A program made the position numbers and the translations under genes. DNA of 62,227 nucleotides, filler included, from Collodictyon triciliatum (lineage: Eukaryota), in NCBI GenBank assembly GCA_043381765.1. It is 21 parts of 21 records of this genome, joined end to end, with 100 filler letters (N's around TTAATTAATTAA, not from the genome) between each part and the next. Parts side by side here need not be neighbours in the genome. Positions count along the whole stretch, not along the records: positions 26,731 to 29,645 come from JBHJMP010008162.1; positions 29,746 to 32,609 come from JBHJMP010008163.1; positions 32,710 to 35,573 come from JBHJMP010008164.1; positions 35,674 to 38,535 come from JBHJMP010008165.1; positions 38,636 to 41,498 come from JBHJMP010008166.1; 16 more parts are not named here. One strand, 5' to 3'. The notes beneath the pieces were generated by a model, which was not told the origin of the DNA, did not search any database, and saw only the letters and a list, made by a program, of their open reading frames with translations. Positions 26,966 through 39,996 of this stretch are shown piece after piece (the first letter of the stretch is position 1; each line of letters opens with the position of its first letter).

Positions 26966-29900
26966 GCCTTTCCAAATCAAAATACTCTTAATTACTAGAA
27001 GAAAAATAAATGGAAAAGGCCATCCGAAGTGCGCTTTTTGCTTAGAGCCTCGCAATGCGCACGTAGGGTATATTCGCTCTGATATTGCAATCCCATCTCA
27101 CTTAACGTTTATCTGTACCCGACATCAGTTTGTTGTGAAAATTATATTATTTTTTATTCTGAAGAGTCTCAAAGGACGTGGGATTTGCGGTTCGTAGCCC
27201 TTTGTTTGCTGCAACCCAGCTCTCCCAGAAGGCGCAGCGCAAAAAAAAGAATAAGGCATATGGTACAAAATCTATGGTGGTGGTGCAGAACACTCCAGAA
27301 CAACCAAATCGGAGGCGACACTTCCAGAACCTTCATGTCCGAAAAGGAAAGCTACTGGGATATAAGTGGCACATAAGTTCAAAAAAATGTTTCCAGGCGA
27401 ATTCTTGTCCTTTGGCTTCTTGTTGGAGGTGTCAGGTTTCTAAATGGATGAAAGCGAGTGGAGCAGGCGACGAAGAATCAGAAAACTGCTGGTAGCACCC
27501 AAGCCAAATTATTGGCGAATTTCCAACAGCAACACCCAGAAAATCGACTGAGCACTTTGCCATAAGAATAGCATGTGCGAGAAAGTAGCGTTGTATTCCA
27601 AAATCAGCATCGGCACCATACGGCCAACACCTATTCAAGCGAGTTGCTGCACGCTAGAAAAAAAATGGAGGAAGAAGAAATTAGCAAGAATCACGGGTGT
27701 TGTCGAGAGCGGAAAGAAATGATTCGGAATGGAACAACGAACCGACCCAGCCCCCTAAATATCACTTGCTTGCAGAACCCACCAAAACTTATGTGCGAAT
27801 CATCCCATTGGACGCAGATACTTAGTGAAGTAATCGGAAATCCCGAATATAGAATACTGGAATTCCACGCCAAGATGAATGAATCCACGGCCTGGTATAT
27901 AATTTTGGTGTTGTTGTCGGTTCCTGCGCCAGAAATCAAAGCATTTGATTATAAATGATAGCGCCTAACCCCTGCGTGCAGATTTTTGTGTCGAGTCAGA
28001 CGAGTGACATGAAGTACCACACTCCCAACCAGAACATCGTTCAACACGCTACCAACCAAGTACACAAGAGCAGCCTCCTTCGATATCAACAAACAAGCCA
28101 GATGCAGTCGCATAAGTACTCTGTAACGTCCTTATCGTCACCCCCCGCCATTTCCCAGCCACACACAGGCCTGATCATTATGGAGCCGACCGCCCAATGC
28201 CGCAGCGCAACAAACAGAGCCAGGAGCGAGCCACTCAACCGGCCGCGCAGCAACCGTCTCCTTGCCACGGCTCACTCCCCCTCAAAGTCTCTTGTTGTTG
28301 GCACGCGCGCACATACCTGCTTCGCCACAGACGCCCTTGCGGCCGGAGACTACAGTTCACCTCGCCCGATGGACCCCGCCTCTCTGGACCGCATTCGCCA
28401 GGTGCTGGACGAGGATGCCGACTGGTATCTCCAGGCGGAGCTGGCAGAGTCAGACCCCGACACTGGCAAATCCGCCCACCTGTCTCTCTTCTGCCACGCC
28501 CACCCGACCCACACCACTTCCGACACACGCTGCCTTCTGTGCCTTCAGGTCGCTGCCCACCCTGCGTCCGGTTCGGCCGAGGATGTTGCATATTTGCATG
28601 TCAACGCGGCCGCGCAGAGCGACCACACTCGGCATAGTTCCTGACTCCCCTAGTCCTCTATCGGACTTGGCTGTCCCTGTTGTCTCAGCCGTGCTGAAGA
28701 CATGTTGTAACTATCTCTGCCTCTTGTTATGTTCTCCTCTCTTTCGTGTTTCTTCATCCAGTATTCTTCGATACCCTACCCAAACCTCCCTCGCTGCCCT
28801 CGTTTGTCGCACACTGCCCACACCAACGGTAACGGGACGTTAGAATCCTCATAAAACCAGAGTTGTAATTCTACAAAGCCCACTCACAAGCTAACTATTA
28901 AAGTGAATATGGACGTCTCTGTCGAAGTTCCCAACTTCCCCCACTCCATCGCTGCCCTTTTCCCTTCTGTCACTCCTTTTTGTCTGGGTGGAGAAGAGAG
29001 AGGGATAAAGATGAGACCGCCTATAGCAGAATTAGATCTAACCAGATCATCCCCAAACGCTGGAGGAGAGGCCGAAACACCAGGAAAACTAGCCACCTCC
29101 ATTCGCACCTGTGCACCCATAATTAAACGAGCGGCCTTTCCCTCTCACAAGACAATTGGTTACATTGACTGACTTCTAAGCACATTTCTACAATGTGTAT
29201 GCAGTTTTCATCAGGCACAGTACAAAATTACACTTTTCAGTAAAATTTCCAGATTAGATTTTAAGTCACAAATAAAGATATTCCTTCATTAAGAAGCCCG
29301 CTTTTGTCCTCTACTGCCGATTATGGATATATAAGTTTTATTGTGACGACAAATTGTCGTCACCAACCCGCATCAGGAATCTTATGTAGAGAAGGGGGTT
29401 CCATAATAGTATATACAGGCCCGTTTTGCAACATCAATTTTCCAGAATTAATTAATTAGTCCGAAAATGCTTCATTATTCCATAATTGGATTTATCTATG
29501 AATTCCACAAGTGAATCATTAGTCCCAAGAAGGCCTCAGCGCCCACAGAACCCAACCCATTATGTGCTTTTTCATCAAATATGGTGAATTATGCCGCCAC
29601 CCTTTTCCGTCTTTTTTCCGCTCTTCCGGCCACATTCTGGCAGAGNNNNNNNNNNNNNNNNNNNNNNNNNNNNNNNNNNNNNNNNNNNNTTAATTAATTA
29701 ANNNNNNNNNNNNNNNNNNNNNNNNNNNNNNNNNNNNNNNNNNNNGTTTTATGTGTTGTGTTTTATGTGTTGTGTTTTATGTGTTGTGTTTTATGTGTTG
29801 TGTTTTATGTGTTGTGTTTTATGTGTTGTGTTTTATGTGTTGTGTTTTATTTTATGTGATGTGTTGTGTTGTATTTTATGTGTTGTGTTGTGTTGTATTT

Positions 29901-31089
29901 TATGTGTTGTGTTGTGTTTTATGTGTGATCGGGAATGATCTCTGTCCGAACCGCGAGCCGGCCGTGCACCCACAGGCAAACCCGATTGAAATTTCGTGAA
30001 TCCCTGTATATGAACACAAGATGCGAGCGACGTGAGGGTGCTCCTTATTCCTGCTGTGGTCAAATCGATGCTCCTTATTTGTGCGTGGGTGTTTCGAGGG
30101 CAGAGCGGCAAATTTAAATGCGAAAATCTGATCCAGGGTGCTGCGTCAACCCCCGCTCGCTCGGCACAAACATCCCATCAGATCAGCAATCTCATCCCGC
30201 TCATCGGGCGGTCGATTTGTCATAACAGCGCCCAGGAGACTGAAACTTCAGAAATGTGGCATCGTGTCCTTATTTCCGGAGCCACACAGCCTGACATCAA
30301 ACTAAAGAACAAGTACAGAACAGATTCTCCCTAGAGGAGCCTGTTGGTTTCTGTTCATCAACCATCCTCTCATGTTCTTTCTCTCGAGGAAATAAAACCC
30401 ATAAGCAGTTTTTTTTTCTTATTTTTATTATCCTTTTTCCTTTTTTTTTAAAAAAAAAAACAAGCAATAGAAATCACCAAAGCACGCTGGTTCTTTTTCT
30501 TTGTGGGGTGATTTCCAATCTGAAACAAAACAAAAAAACGAGAGAACAACCGAGGAAAAGAAATATTTTTTTCAAGTCGCTCCACCCTTCACCCAACATT
30601 CAATGAAAACAAATCTGGAAATTAACTCGCGCAACTGATTCATCTCTCGACCGCGTTTCCCCCAATCAACTCCGATCACACCCAAGCGCAGATCACGCCG
30701 CAGGAAATCAGCCAAGAGCCCGAATCACGGCTGCCCAAGAATGACGCGCCACACTCGCAATAATCCCCACCAACAAAAAGCACAACTCGTTCTTTCATCC
30801 CCATAACAAACCGATCGCCCTCACCCGCCGACCCAGCAGATCGCCACGCAGCCTCACACAACGATCAGCAAGCAAAGACCCGGCCAACAGAACCTTCCAG
30901 ACTGCGGCCGAATGTGTACGTAGAAAACACCCACCTCACCAATAAGCCAGCCCCCCATCCCAAAAAAAAAAAAGAAAGGAAGGAAGGAAGGAAGGCAAGA
31001 AACATGCTCCCCTGAATAGAAGCAAAGAGAAATAAGAAGAAGACAAACAACAACAGCAAAGAAGCCACTCACCCTTCGCGCCGCACCAG

Positions 31090-31932
31090 TCAATCTCTTT
31101 GGGCTGTGGCCATCGGACAGAGACGGCGAGGCGAAGGAGGCGCGCTTCCCCGGGTGGGAGCACGAGATTGTGCTTGAGGGCTGGATCGAAAAGCGGGGCA
31201 GCCGCTTCCACACGTGGCGGCGACGCTGGGCCCGGCTCTACATGGACCGCATCGAGTATGCGCCGTCGATCAGCGGGCCGAACGCGGGCGTGTGGTATCT
31301 GTGCGAGTATCTCAACATCGCCCACGAGCGGCTGCGCTTTGCCGACCGGCCAAACTGCCTGTGCCTGGTGCATCCGGACGCAGACAACCGCTTCTTCCAG
31401 CCTGTACGCGACATCGGCCTCTGGATCGACGCCATCGACGCCATCCTCCACAAGTGCATCCCCACCGTCCTCAAAGCCCGCCGCGTCGATGCCTGGCTCG
31501 CCGTCACGGCCGATGCGCTCCGCTCAGCACGCATCGACCCCTTTGTCGGCTCCGGCGAGCTGGAGGCGCAGCTGCTGTTGGAGGCCCAGGCAAAGGCCAT
31601 GCTTTCCCAGTCCCAGTCGCTGTCGCACTCCCTTTCTCTCTCCCAATCGCAGACGCAATCGCAATCACAATCACAATCACAATCGCAATCGCAGACCCCA
31701 AAGGCGCTCAGAGCCTCTCAGAGCCTGCAGACTCCGCAGAGTCCGTACTCGGCGTTTTCAAACAGGGAGTCTGTCCAGCTGGATGTCTCTGGTCAGATGC
31801 TGCAGTGGGATCGTGCGTCGCATGTGCATGAGTGCATGATGCTGCAGGCGCAGGCGATGGCCATGGGGATGGGGATGGCTGCGCAGCACGTCGAGCCTGT
31901 GGCGGATGATGCGGATAGTGGCTCTGAGCACT
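31090..31932 (+). CDS. PH-domain protein exon with Ser-Gln repeat
   Basis: VLEGWIEKRGSRFHTWRRRWARL...NCLCLVHP...WIDAIDAIL is a canonical PH signature. Bounded by cag| and |gtgagt. Confidence 0.85.
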
Positions 31933-32525
31933 GTGAGTTACTCGTCCTCATTTTGGGGTGTTTTTTTTTTCTTAGGGTCTTTTGGGTAGTTTTTTTTTTT
32001 TGAAAAAAAAATGATTTTTATAGGTACTAATGGTTCTTTATATATATAATTGGTTCATATGATATTTTTTTTTAAAAAAAAAAGGTGTAGTTAATTGTTA
32101 TCTAATGTCACCATCAACATTTTCCCCCCGAGTCTTGTGTTATCAGCATTAAATCATTTTCATCTAATTTTTTTATATAGAAGAGGATGTCCGGGTGTGT
32201 TTGGCGAGCAGTTTGTTGATTTCTGCTCCGTTTAGGATATCTGGCTAATGCTTGCTGCATTTTTTTTTTCGTTTTTATCCGTGCAGCCTCTTGTTGAGTG
32301 GAAGGAAGGGTTGTGATGGACCTCTCCCTTTCTTGTGGGCGATTGATGGATGAAAGCACCGCTTTTGTGCCAAGAAAAAAGGAGAGAGAGAAAAAAAAAC
32401 ATATACACTCAGTTCTATTTTAAATTTAAAATCTGCCTCTTTTTTTTTTTCATAGACTATCATAATCAATTTACTGGGATAATTGAATGACTGCTTCAAC
32501 TTTAAGCATTATACTGTTTTCTTCA

Positions 32526-32565
<40 letters not shown>

Positions 32566-32949
32566 CCTTTTTATAATTAATTTTTTTTTTTTTATTTTTT
32601 TTTTTTTTTNNNNNNNNNNNNNNNNNNNNNNNNNNNNNNNNNNNNNNNNNNNNTTAATTAATTAANNNNNNNNNNNNNNNNNNNNNNNNNNNNNNNNNNN
32701 NNNNNNNNNGAGATATCTTACGACACATTCCCACATCTCTCTTCGCTTGCGGTCAGAGTAGCGAAGAATGCGAGCGTGTTTCAGCAGACTGTTCAGGAAG
32801 CTGTATTGTAGGCAGAACAGCATGTTACAATTCCTGATTACCGACTACAACAGCCACATGACCCCGAGTACCATATGTGCATACGAAGGTTCGCGAACCA
32901 AATCAAACTATTATGTTGCACAATTTAAAGAAAGCACGTAAAACAAATT

Positions 32950-33420
32950 ATGTTTCATATAAAGGAATAAAGCGATGTTTTTTTCATGCTCCTGGTATCA
33001 CTGGAAAAACTTGTTATCGATTCAATACTACTTGCAAGGGTCAGGGCTAGCAGATGTATTGTAATTGGAGTGAAATCATCAGTTAAAGTTGTAACTATAC
33101 GTCAAAGTGACGGTAAGCCAACTCTGTGTTAAAGACTATATTTTGTTATCAGCTTTGATTCTACGGAAAATAATCCCGATAAAAGTCATTTACCCGAAAT
33201 GTGCAATACTATTCTTTGGATGAGTGAATTGTGTCCAACAAAAAAGCCGTGGAAGCATTCAGCGATACCATAAAGGATGAATGGGAAATAGGTGCCATAC
33301 TGAGTGGGTAAACAAATCCATTTTCTTGCGACTTTAATCACACTCTTCTTTTCTTATCAAATGATACCGAGACTGATGGATTATATGTGTGTCTGAATAA
33401 TACGTGATATTGGAGGATTT
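32950..33420 (+). mobile_element. Highly decayed Helitron PIF1-type helicase remnant
   Basis: Collinear degenerate motifs: FFHAPGITGKT (cf. FLDAPGGTGKT), ILLARVRASRCIVIGVKSS (cf. LLAKVR...LAVASS), IL(W)DE*IVSNKKAVEAFSDTIKD (cf. IIWDECTMAHKKALEALDRTLKD), FSCDFNHTL (cf. LAGDFRQTL). Contains stops and frameshifts. Confidence 0.75.
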
Positions 33421-34759
33421 CGTAAAAGCCCCTGAATAAATGAATGTATCAAGTTAGTTTTCTTTGCCATACTCACTCCGGTATGGATGGTCAGTACCAA
33501 CTTGCTGGGACTAGAAGACGAAAAGATAACAGAATACGCAAATAGTTTCATTACTTTCACTTTATGTTTTGTACTATTTCAGACTCTATGGATACTCTCA
33601 CCAATGCTGTAAATCATAATGTTAGACGAAAAAACATCGACGAGGATTGGCTGGCTTAAGGAATCACGCTCAACTCAAGGAATCGATTGGTTTTCTGCAT
33701 CAATTTATTAATTCGAGATGTGATGCTTTGTTCCTTTCTACTTCCATATCATTTTTATGTTATTGCCCTCTAAGAATCTAAGATATTTCCTGTAGTTTTT
33801 GAATACTACGGAGTTTTCTGGATTTCTATCCTATGTAATACATTTGAAAGTAGAATCTCATCGCGGTATTATTTCACAAATTGGAATCCACGAAGCATTG
33901 CAACGAAACCGGATTGGTGATACAATCTGTGAGCATCACAATGTAACCAACCATAAATCCTGACAAGATGTACAAAAGTTGGGACTGTATTTTTAAAGGA
34001 TAGCTTTGGTATTCAAAGAAATACCACTTCAATCAAAGACCTTTTTCCAATAACAATTGCTTATCTCATATCCATAAATTAATCATAATGGAAGTCATTG
34101 AGAGTCATCGGAAGCAATCGTACTGAAGCTCTCTTTTCTCGTGTTCATTTATACCCTTGGCTGTCGGCATTGGAAACCTCAATAACCTCCACATACGGAC
34201 TCTGGACGAAATCACAAACTATACTGTTCACCGAATTATTCTGGCACAAAATAATAGTAAAAAAACAAAAAAGAAACAAAGAAACAATAGACAAAAATCA
34301 TAAAACAATAGACAAAAAACAAACATAAAAACAAAAAACAAAAAACAAAAAACAAAAAAACAACAGTAAAAAAACAAAAAAAATAGTGAAGAGACACGTC
34401 CGGTTCTACATAATATGTAGAGTATAACAGCTTAAGTCAGTTGGTAGAATGTAGAAAAGATGTTTTACATTTTCACTATATTTCCATTTCACTAGTCCAA
34501 TTTTTTATTTCACTAGGTTTTACACTCTCAATTTGAAGCATACGTTCTAAAGTTAAATATAAAGTGTTGTGGAATACACTCCAAATGAAAAGTTATATAC
34601 TGAAGAATATTGTAGTGTTGCACGTAAAAAGTAACTTTTGTGAAACTTACGATAAAGTTGAGATTATGTCATAGTTCAAGTTTAACGAAAATGAAATTGT
34701 GATATTAGATATAGTATATGTGGTAGGCAGCAGATGCAGATAAAAGAGATTAGCATGAG

Positions 34760-35540
34760 TAAGACATCAATGGACAGAAAATAGTGATAGTGAGATAGTC
34801 AGGCAAACTTAATGGCTATTTGAGTGTGTGAGTTGCAATCGCTGGATATGATGGGATATGACTTTCAACACTATTCATCTATCTTCTTATGCAGCCAGAA
34901 AAACGATGAATGCAAGTGTTTCGATAAGCTTTATTTCAGAAGAACTCCCAACTTGACTATATTGAATTCTCGTTCAACTTAGTGGTAAGAGCATTCCGTT
35001 TATGTTCTGTTGTGTGTATATGTAGGATTGTGGGTGGCTATGTGTTTCAGTGGGGCTGTAGAACTGCATAGCGCGTATGTGCCGGTAGTTCGAGTGTGAC
35101 TATTTCCCAGCAGACAAAAGGTCAAATGTCGTATGTTTCTCTCTTTATCGTGATTTTCCTAGACATCTCGATTGTGAACACCTACATATACATGAGAATT
35201 GTGCTTTGCAGAGGGAGCTCCTTCATCTGCGCATCATCGTCAGCTACTTCATCTTACAACATGAATACAAATAGAATGGCGATTGAATAAAGACTTACTG
35301 GCTCGATATATATACTAATTTTTATGATACCTGTCAAACACGATATTTGTGGAGGAAGCAACGACAAATGATTGCCATCAAGACCCAATCTTTTCAGACC
35401 AGTCAACAGAAAGACACCACGAGGAACAGATGTCAGGCTTTTCCCGGCTAAATATAGACTCTGAGAGCTTTTTGAAGAGGCGATGTCACATGATTCATTA
35501 TTCCTCGGAACTCTTCTAAAAGCGCATTCTCGTCGGCCAT
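34760..35540 (-). pseudogene. Leucine-rich-repeat gene, probably pseudogenised
   Basis: ATG at 35540 (MADENALLEEFRGIMNH) is out of frame with SQSLYLAGKSLTSVPRGVFLLTGLKRLGLDGNHLSLLPPQISCLT (LRR, donor at 35330). Downstream exons are degraded and the 3' limit is approximate. Confidence 0.65.
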
Positions 35541-35673
35541 TGTGACAGAAGCGTGGGGCGGAGGCGGTTTGGGNNNNNNNNNNNNNNNNNNNNNNNNNNN
35601 NNNNNNNNNNNNNNNNNTTAATTAATTAANNNNNNNNNNNNNNNNNNNNNNNNNNNNNNNNNNNNNNNNNNNN

Positions 35674-36987
35674 AAGTGACAGATACCCACCTTAGTTAAT
35701 GTCGTTGCTGTTGGCTGTCACAAGGATAACATCCAACTAACAAATTCTGATTGTAAAACAAAGTTCACTTTCTTTATTTTAGCAATAGATAAGCACATAT
35801 TAACGGATTTTTGTGTTTGATTCGCAAACGGTCTTTGCAGCAGCAGCGATTTCGGCAGGGTTGCTACTGTTGATGAAGTGATGCGCTCCAAGCTTGATGG
35901 CTTCCTCTTTCGTTTTCTCTGAGTGAGAAATGGCGGTTACTTCGCCTCCTAGGGCCTGTATTTTTTTTTTTGTTTTAAATATATGAACTAATGAATCCAC
36001 TTTAAAGCGATATTTGCCATGAAGGTATTTTATTTTGTAACATAAATATCATAGTGAAAACAAACCTTGGCAAACTGAATTCCCAAATGCCCATGTCCTC
36101 CGATACCAATGATTCCCACCTTGATTCCGTTGCTTGCACCGTGGCTGTTTATGAGAAAAAAAAAACGTAAAAATAAAGCGCTTCGTTTATTGTATCAAGA
36201 AATTGTGTAACTTAGGTATCTGTGAGTCTAAATGATGTCCCTACCACCTCAGGCAGCGAAAACTATGATTCCAGCGCATAGAAGAGGAGCAACAACATCA
36301 GAAGGGATACTTTCTGGGAAGAGGAAGGCGAAGTCGGACAAGAGACGGATGCGGTCGGCATATCCACCCCTTGAGAGCTCACCGTCAGCGTAGGATATAT
36401 TGTAGGTGAAGACTTTCTTTGGGTACCATTGGTTATCCTCGTAGCTGTACTCATAAAAATCGGACTTCAGACAGGCAAAATACTGAGCGCTCACGCCCAC
36501 CCGGTCTCCTACCTTGAAAGAAGGTCGATATTGATGAGAGGTGAGCGCAAGAATACGTAACATGCAAATCTTTACATGGATGGCATCTTTTTTATGAGAC
36601 TTACCATCAAGTTCGTCAGGTTATAACCTGCGGCAACAACCTCGCCGATAACCTCATGTCCAACAACCACAAGATAGACCGACCTCTTCCAGTCGTTATC
36701 GATGATATGGATATCTGTAAAGTTGTGGATAATACGTATAAGTGGAGCAACAACATCAGAGTCTACGGCGCGGCGTTGCTTCTCATCACAAGCTGAGCTT
36801 TACAACCTGTTGCTGCCTCTGTGTGTTTGTGACAAACGTCACTCACCCGACCGCAGATTCTCAGTGGGTGATTTTGATCTCAATCTTGCGCAGACCAAGG
36901 ATGCGGGGTGATATGTCTATGGCTCAAGAGCTGCTCCGGCACTCAAGCGGCATAGGAGTGGAATGAAACGCTGGTGTCAACGGCCAT
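35674..36987 (-). pseudogene. NADP-dependent Zn alcohol dehydrogenase (cinnamyl ADH/ADH6-like) pseudogene
   Basis: [94 protein letters not shown]. Exon 1 has an in-frame TAG (36917-36919) and frameshifts, and the structural-Zn cysteines are lost. Confidence 0.88.
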
Positions 36988-38147
36988 TTGGCTGCTTTTT
37001 ATATGGGATAGAAGCGGGGTAAGTTGAAAGAAAAGAAAGCAATCTTGGTGGGCATTATCATTGGCGTGCTGGGTTGAGATATCATCCCCAAGATGCTCTG
37101 ACAAGGTTGAGGCAGGGTGATGAAAAATAAATAATGGTTATTTAGATTGTGGTTTTTAAAGATTCTCGTCACTCTTTTTTTTGCAGTTACAGTTGGTTTG
37201 CTGTTGATAGGTCAATTCATTGAGAAAACAGAGATGTGTCACGCGTGGTGCTCGGCAAAGCAATCCACTCATCGTTCAGATTTGATAAGGAAATATCTTA
37301 CCTCTTCAATCTTCCGTCTTCTGTCAAACCGAACACCTATTTGTGTGTTCCTCAAGCTAGACGTGCGTTTTTTTTATGTCCTGTTAAATCCCAGCCGGCA
37401 ATGGCGAAGCACATACGAAACGCATTAGGTGAAGTCCCTTTGGCGAGGTGGCAGACAGGATGACATGTGGGCCCTATTGGGTCAAAGGTATCCCAGAAGC
37501 TTCTGGAAGCTTTCGCCTTCAGTGCAACCTTTACTGGAAAAACCACCTATAATTTATATTCCTCCATAATCTAATCATTCCTTTATGTCACACTGGGAAT
37601 GTCTTTTCAACTTTGGTTTTTTTTTTAGATTTTAAATTGAGTTGCCACACGAAAGTAACTAAAGACACTCCATCACTCTGTGCCTCATTTACTTGAGTAT
37701 CAAGGCAGCCATTGTTACATATCCGAAACGATACTCCAAAGCGAAGGCATCACAAGAACCAGCGCCCACCAAAGATAGTCCGTTTACCCTGCCCCAGCCC
37801 GTTGCACCGAGAACCAAGGAGCAAGAGCAAATACCACAAGTCGAATCCAAGCTTGGAACTTCACACACCAACGACAGTCCGAGCAAGCAGAAGCGTATGT
37901 TTCTAAAACCACAAACAAGTGTGGCCATACTCCGGTTAAGCAAAGTCCACTGCCAAATACGCATGGTTACAAAACCAGGGGACGGTCAAGTGCCACTTCC
38001 GTGAATACCGGACAAACAACGATATATCGCTTTCTGTTTGAGTCGCACAGCAAGAAACGTAAGGAAAGTGACCCGTTGTCCCCTCAAAAGACTCATCCTG
38101 TGGAATGAAATAGGATGTACAGCTTGTCTGAGATAGATGGTTGAAAG

Positions 38148-38250
38148 GTCTTATCGGATTCTATTCTTGAATTAACAGCCTTGCGCTTACTTTCATCGAC
38201 CCGACAACTTTATCCGCTCTTTTACAAGTGTCAAATACAACCAGAAACCG
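38148..38250 (+). pseudogene. Possible degenerate F-box motif
   Basis: LSDSILELTAL / LTFIDPTTLSALLQVSNTTR across a 1-nt frameshift resembles the F-box pattern LxxLPxEL...ILxFLDxxxLxxxxxVS. Confidence 0.35.
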
Positions 38251-38635
38251 CGTTGGAGTTGAATCACCTGGGAAGAATAGTCTGCGTGTGATAACGCTTT
38301 TTCTTTTTTCTTTTTTCTTTTTTCTTTTTTCTTTTTTCTTTTTTCTTTTTTCTTTTTTCTTTTTTCTTTTTCTTTTTTTTCTTTTTTCTTTTTTTCTTTT
38401 TTCTTTTTTTCTTTTTTCTTTTTCTTTTTTCTTTTTCTTTTTTCTTTTTCTTTTACTTTTACTTTTACTTTTACTTTTTTCTTTTTCTTTTTTTCTTTTT
38501 TCTTTTTTTCTTGTTTTCTTTTTTTTCTTTTTTTTNNNNNNNNNNNNNNNNNNNNNNNNNNNNNNNNNNNNNNNNNNNNTTAATTAATTAANNNNNNNNN
38601 NNNNNNNNNNNNNNNNNNNNNNNNNNNNNNNNNNN

Positions 38636-38732
<97 letters not shown>

Positions 38733-39996
38733 ATATTGAACGAGTTGTGAGTAAGAGAAAAATGAAGGAATGCATAAATTGATTGCATCCTTAAAGTCGA
38801 GTGAGGGTGGGTATTTAATTGAACATGACAAGTATGAAAAATAGTGATAAAATGTATGTCATTTCTCGTGATACCCTTATGGCACAAAGGGGGAAAATGA
38901 ATACAAACCTTTTCCCTTGGGACCAGGCTAAGTTAATCCTCGTTTATTGAACAGGCCTGGTTATATATGATAAAGGTAGATAATAAGTGAAACAAGTGTA
39001 TGAATCTTGGCACACATAGACTCTAGTTGTAAAACTCTGCAATAACCTTTTATGAAGAGAACAGCCGCCCAAGGAGACGATTATTCCTAGCGAGTGTTAA
39101 GTCGCTATGGGAAAAGGATACCTTTTTCTTTTCTTTTTTTTTTCGTTCCACGCCTATGTCCAGTTGCTCTATTATTTTATAGAAATGAAGGAAGGAATAT
39201 CGCTTGGCCTTTATTCTCGTTATCGGTTTTTTCATTTTTCATTTTTTTTTCATTTTTTTTTCATTTTTTTCATTTTTTTTTCATTTTTTTCATTTTTTCA
39301 CTGTTTTTCATTTTTTTCATTTTTTCATTTTTTCATTTTTTCACTGTTTTTCATTTTTTCACATTTTTTTTTTAAAAAAAAAGAAAAAGAATGAAGTGGA
39401 ATATGATGTGGAAACGGGTGTTGTTCAAAAGGTAGTTGGATCTAAGGTGATAGTGAAAGTTGAGCGACGATACACAGAACATCAACTCAGATCAACAACT
39501 AAGAAGGTAAATATGTGAAGATAATGGGCAAAAAGCATGCTTTGAAAGACCACACACAATTATATATTCTGCTTGGCAACATTATGTCTTTCCATTTATT
39601 TTAACAGCAGTACATCTGAGTCGCCGGCCTCTTCATCGGGCATTACTTGTCCTTTTAAGGTATTGTGTTTCTACTCCCCGTGTCTTGAAAAGGCCACGCC
39701 CTCCCTTGTTTTTCTTTTTCTTTTTCTTTTGGAACAAAAAATGATCTGCGTTCTGTAAAACTCTTTGCAGAAGACTTCAGCAGCTGCCCAAGAGGTGCGA
39801 CAAAGTGAGAAGGAAAACAAGAAGGCGATATCCGTTCGAGTGTAATTGTTTAGCTTTGGAATCTGTCAAACTGTGCTGCTTGGACATCGCCTTCTGATTC
39901 ACAAGTAACACGCAGACGAACCCACAAGCTGACAATAGCCGCATCGTGTCATAAATGTTAATAGGAATAGTATCTTCACATCAATTTTATCGTATA

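Noticed and set aside
39085-39125. GTATCCTTT...CTTAAC...TAG (minus) as a U12 intron
   Set aside because: It would be only about 35 nt long and is not within a recognisable gene.
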